Source of the DNA: Octopus sinensis | Taxonomy: Eukaryota | Reading direction: 5' to 3' | Assembly: GCF_006345805.1 (NCBI RefSeq) | Contig: NC_042997.1 | Span: 113,646,001-113,710,000, forward strand | Length of the DNA stretch: 64,000 bases | Part shown: in pieces, positions 60,850 through 64,000 of the stretch | How positions within the stretch are numbered: the stretch's first letter is position 1 | Layout: each line of letters opens with the position of its first letter | Position numbers and translations under genes: made by a program | Notes under the pieces: generated by a model | Database searches by the model: none | What the model saw: only the letters and a program-made list of their open reading frames with translations | What the model was told of the DNA's origin: nothing

Positions 60850-61190
60850 ACAGTCCACTTCACTGTATACACCATCCTGTAACTTGGGGGTACAACCTCT
60901 GTTTCCATGCCAGACACCTTTCTGTTCCTCAGTGCTACTCCCTCCCCCAGTTGAGGGGGATTTTATCATGCAAGTTACTTGGTGATCTCATTGGTGCTGG
61001 TGCCACATAAAAAGCCCCTAAAATAAACTGTGTAAAGTGGTTGGTGTTAGGAAGGACATCCAAATGTAGAAACCGGGCCAAAGCAGACAGCTTGGTGTGG
61101 TTTTCTAACTATCCAGTTCCTGACTCAAACCAGCCAACTCATACCAGCATGGAAAATGGACATTGAATGGTGATGGTCATGATGATGATG
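60850..61190 (+). mobile_element. Family C repeat
   Basis: Core plus (GAT)n tail. Confidence 0.65.
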
Positions 61191-61489
61191 AGTGTGGTTT
61201 AATTAAATATGTCTTGTTCAGAGACAGAGACAGAAATGGTATAGTGGTTACATCATCTCTTTGCATTGTGAGTTCAAGTTCCACTGAGACTGATTTTTTT
61301 CTTTCATCCACTAGGGTTGAGAAATAGGAATCAATCAAGTACCCATGCCCTAGTTTGATCTAATCTTCCTCCCCCTCTCTCTCTCCCTTTCCACCAAATT
61401 TACAGCCTTGTGCCTATGCTACAAATTGTTGTTAGTATTAGTGTTGTTGTATCACTGACAACTGAGCATTAGGATTCACTTGTGCAAAA

Positions 61490-61703
61490 TACCTGTAATA
61501 TAACCTAGCAAATATCTAAACAAAATACCTGGAAAATATTTTTAAGTGACGTGTCTTACAGTTACTTGTGCCACATGCCTGGCAAATACCACTGCAACAT
61601 ACCAATATTTATTGACATACTTGGCAAATTCTTGTACATCATACCGGGCAGTTTTTTGTGCAGTATACCTGGCAAATACTTCTCACGATAGACCTGGAAA
61701 ATA
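61490..61703. repeat. Irregularly spaced cluster of 8 degenerate TACCTGGCAAATA motifs
   Basis: Copies at about 61490, 61502, 61526, 61576, 61618, 61642, 61666 and 61691. Confidence 0.7.
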
Positions 61704-62071
61704 TCTATGCAGTCTACGTAGCTAATATAATTCTATTAATTTTCTCCAGATGCTCTTTAATTTCTGAAGAAGCTTGTATAAAAGCAGTTTCATCAGACAG
61801 TGCATTAAGAAGAATCTGTGAGAAGTGTTGGATGTCTTAAGTAATTATTAATTGGGGGATTGATAAATCATTAGAGCTGTTGAAGAGTCAGAGAGATGCC
61901 TTGTGGTATCTAATCCAGCTCTTTGCATTCTGATGCAACTAATTCTTGGGACAACACAGGTACTGAGCTATAATGGCCCAAGCTGGTAAACATCAGTGGC
62001 ATGAAAGAGGGGTGAATTGCATGTATAGGCAACTGCTAGTTTTCCATAAGAAAAAATCTTCCCCATACATG

Positions 62072-62444
62072 CAGGAGTTGCTGTGTGATGAGTAGCTAGT
62101 TTACCAACCACATGGTTCCAGGTTCAGTCCCACTGCATGGCACCTTGGGCAAGTGTCTTCTACTATAGCTTCAAGCCAACCAAAGCCTTGTGAGTGGATT
62201 TGGTAGACAGAAACTAAAAGAAGCTGCCCATCATATATATATATATATATATATATAGGCGCAGGAGTGGCTGTGTGGTAAGTAGCTTGCTTACTAACCA
62301 CATGGTTCCGGGTTCAGTCCCATTGCATGGCACCTTGGGCAAGTGTCTTCAACTATAGCTTCACCAACTGAAGCCATGTGAGTGGATTTGGTAGGCGGAA
62401 ACTGAAAGAAGCTGATCATGTATATGTGTGTGTATATATATATA

Positions 62445-62487
<43 letters not shown>

Positions 62488-62703
62488 ATATATATGTGTG
62501 TGTGTGTGTATATATATGTGTGTGTGTGTGTGTATATATGTGTGTGTGTGTGTATATATGTGTGTGTGTGTGTGTATATATATGTGTGTGTGTGTGTGTG
62601 TATATATATGTGTGTGTGTGTGTGTATATATATGTGTGTGTGTGTGTATATATGTGTGTGTGTGTGTATATATATGTGTGTGTGTGTGGTATATATATGT
62701 GTG

Positions 62704-62743
<40 letters not shown>

Positions 62744-63255
62744 ATATATATGTGTGTGTGTGTGTATATATATGTGTGTGTGTGTGTGTATATATGTGTG
62801 TGTGTGTATATATATGTGTGTGTGTGTGGTGTATATATATGTGTGTGTGTGGTGTGTATATATATGTGTGTGTGGTGTGTGTATATATGTGTGTGTGTGT
62901 GTATATATATGTGTGTGTGTGTGTATATATATGTGTGTGTGGTGTGTATATATATGTGTGTGTGTGTATATATATGTGTGTGTGTGTATATATATATGTG
63001 TGTGTGTATATATATGTGTGTGTGTATATATATATATGTGTGTGTATATATATATATATATGTGTGTGTGTGTCTGGCTGTCTGTCTGTACCCCTACCAT
63101 CACTTGACAACCAATGCCGGTGTGTTTACATCCCCACAACTTAGCAGTTCAACAAGAGAGACCGATATAATAACTACTAGGCTTACAAAGATTCACTTGA
63201 CTAAAGGTGATGCTCCAGCATGGCTGCAGTCAAATGACTGAAACAAATAAAAGAA
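62072..63255 (+). mobile_element. Two tandem SINE A copies; the second has a ~650-bp internal microsatellite expansion
   Basis: Heads at about 62072 and 62258; TA/TG array 62420-63072; normal 3' part 63075-63255. Confidence 0.85.
62420..63072. repeat. Compound (TA)m(TG)n array with ~18-22-bp higher-order unit
   Basis: Direct reading. Confidence 0.95.
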
Positions 63256-64000
63256 TACCTTTACGTACATATGCTGATATATGATTGACATTGACTGACA
63301 GAGGCCTTTGTATTTGGAATAGTTCATTATTTTGACTTTCTTCAGTTGCAGCTTCCAAAGCCCTGCTACTGTTAAAGATTGACAGGTACTATGCTTTATA
63401 CCTATCAGTCCACAACCCAGTCCACATATGTGTAAATAGATACTGTATGACAATATAATACATCACTGTCTCCAGAAGAGGTATCCTATTATAATTTATT
63501 GTTGTACCATTAGTTTTCACTTCTTGGATCAAATTCCTCTTATGTAACGTTCTCTGTAGCATTTCCGTCTGTGAAAGATTTCCTTTGCATTCACACAACA
63601 CCACAGGCTGGGAATTGGCAGACTTGTTAGAGTATTTAGTGGACTGTCTTCTGATATTTGTTCGAACTATCTACACTCAAAGTTCACATCCCACTGCAGT
63701 TAATTCTACCTTTCATCCTTTTGGGAGTCAATAACCACCAGTTCAAAGCAATGGATCAGTAGACCAGTAAGAGCATCGGATTAAGTGATTTGCAGTATTT
63801 TTTCTGGTTCTTTGTATTCTGAGTTCAAATCCCAATGTGGTCCACTTTAGTAGTAAGCTTAATCAATCACTTGGTTTTAACACCTTTAGCAGATTCTACT
63901 CTGTCGCAAGCATTTAGGTGAGATCTTGATGGCAACTAGCACAAACTGATAGCGACTGTCAGGCTCTTGTATTCATTTATTCTTCTCTCCTTTGTGTTAT

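Overview
AT-rich, repeat-saturated eukaryotic DNA (intronic or intergenic). I find no intact host protein-coding gene. The repeat mix (RTE LINEs with (GAT)n tails, several tRNA-headed SINE families, piggyBac and hAT MITEs, very long TA/CA microsatellites) looks like a mollusc, most likely an octopod cephalopod; this is an inference from pattern recognition, not a database result. Protein-like segments are all transposon-derived: an RTE reverse transcriptase carrying an embedded PHD-type zinc finger, in a ~1.5 kb fold-back (6.4-9.8 kb); a CR1-type RT 3' end (31.3-32.3 kb); a gag-like zinc-knuckle ORF1 with no ORF2 (40.6-41.7 kb); and a Tc1/mariner transposase scrap (50.4 kb). Most ORF-track hits are microsatellite artefacts. 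The most interesting signal is a set of minimal type-I hammerhead ribozyme (HHR) motifs of the Penelope-element kind. (i) A fully foldable HHR with a compensatory G3:C8 core swap sits at 16611-16660. (ii) A short repeat (family D) joins a tRNA-like Pol III head to an HHR and a fixed tail, and three of its four loci carry inverted tail copies. (iii) Two family-D HHR repeats bracket the gag-like ORF and a 280-bp hairpin, giving a possible retrozyme/terminon-like coding unit of ~2 kb. Family labels A-F are my own. SINE and fossil coordinates are approximate (about +/-20 bp); ribozyme, TIR, TSD and palindrome coordinates were counted by hand.
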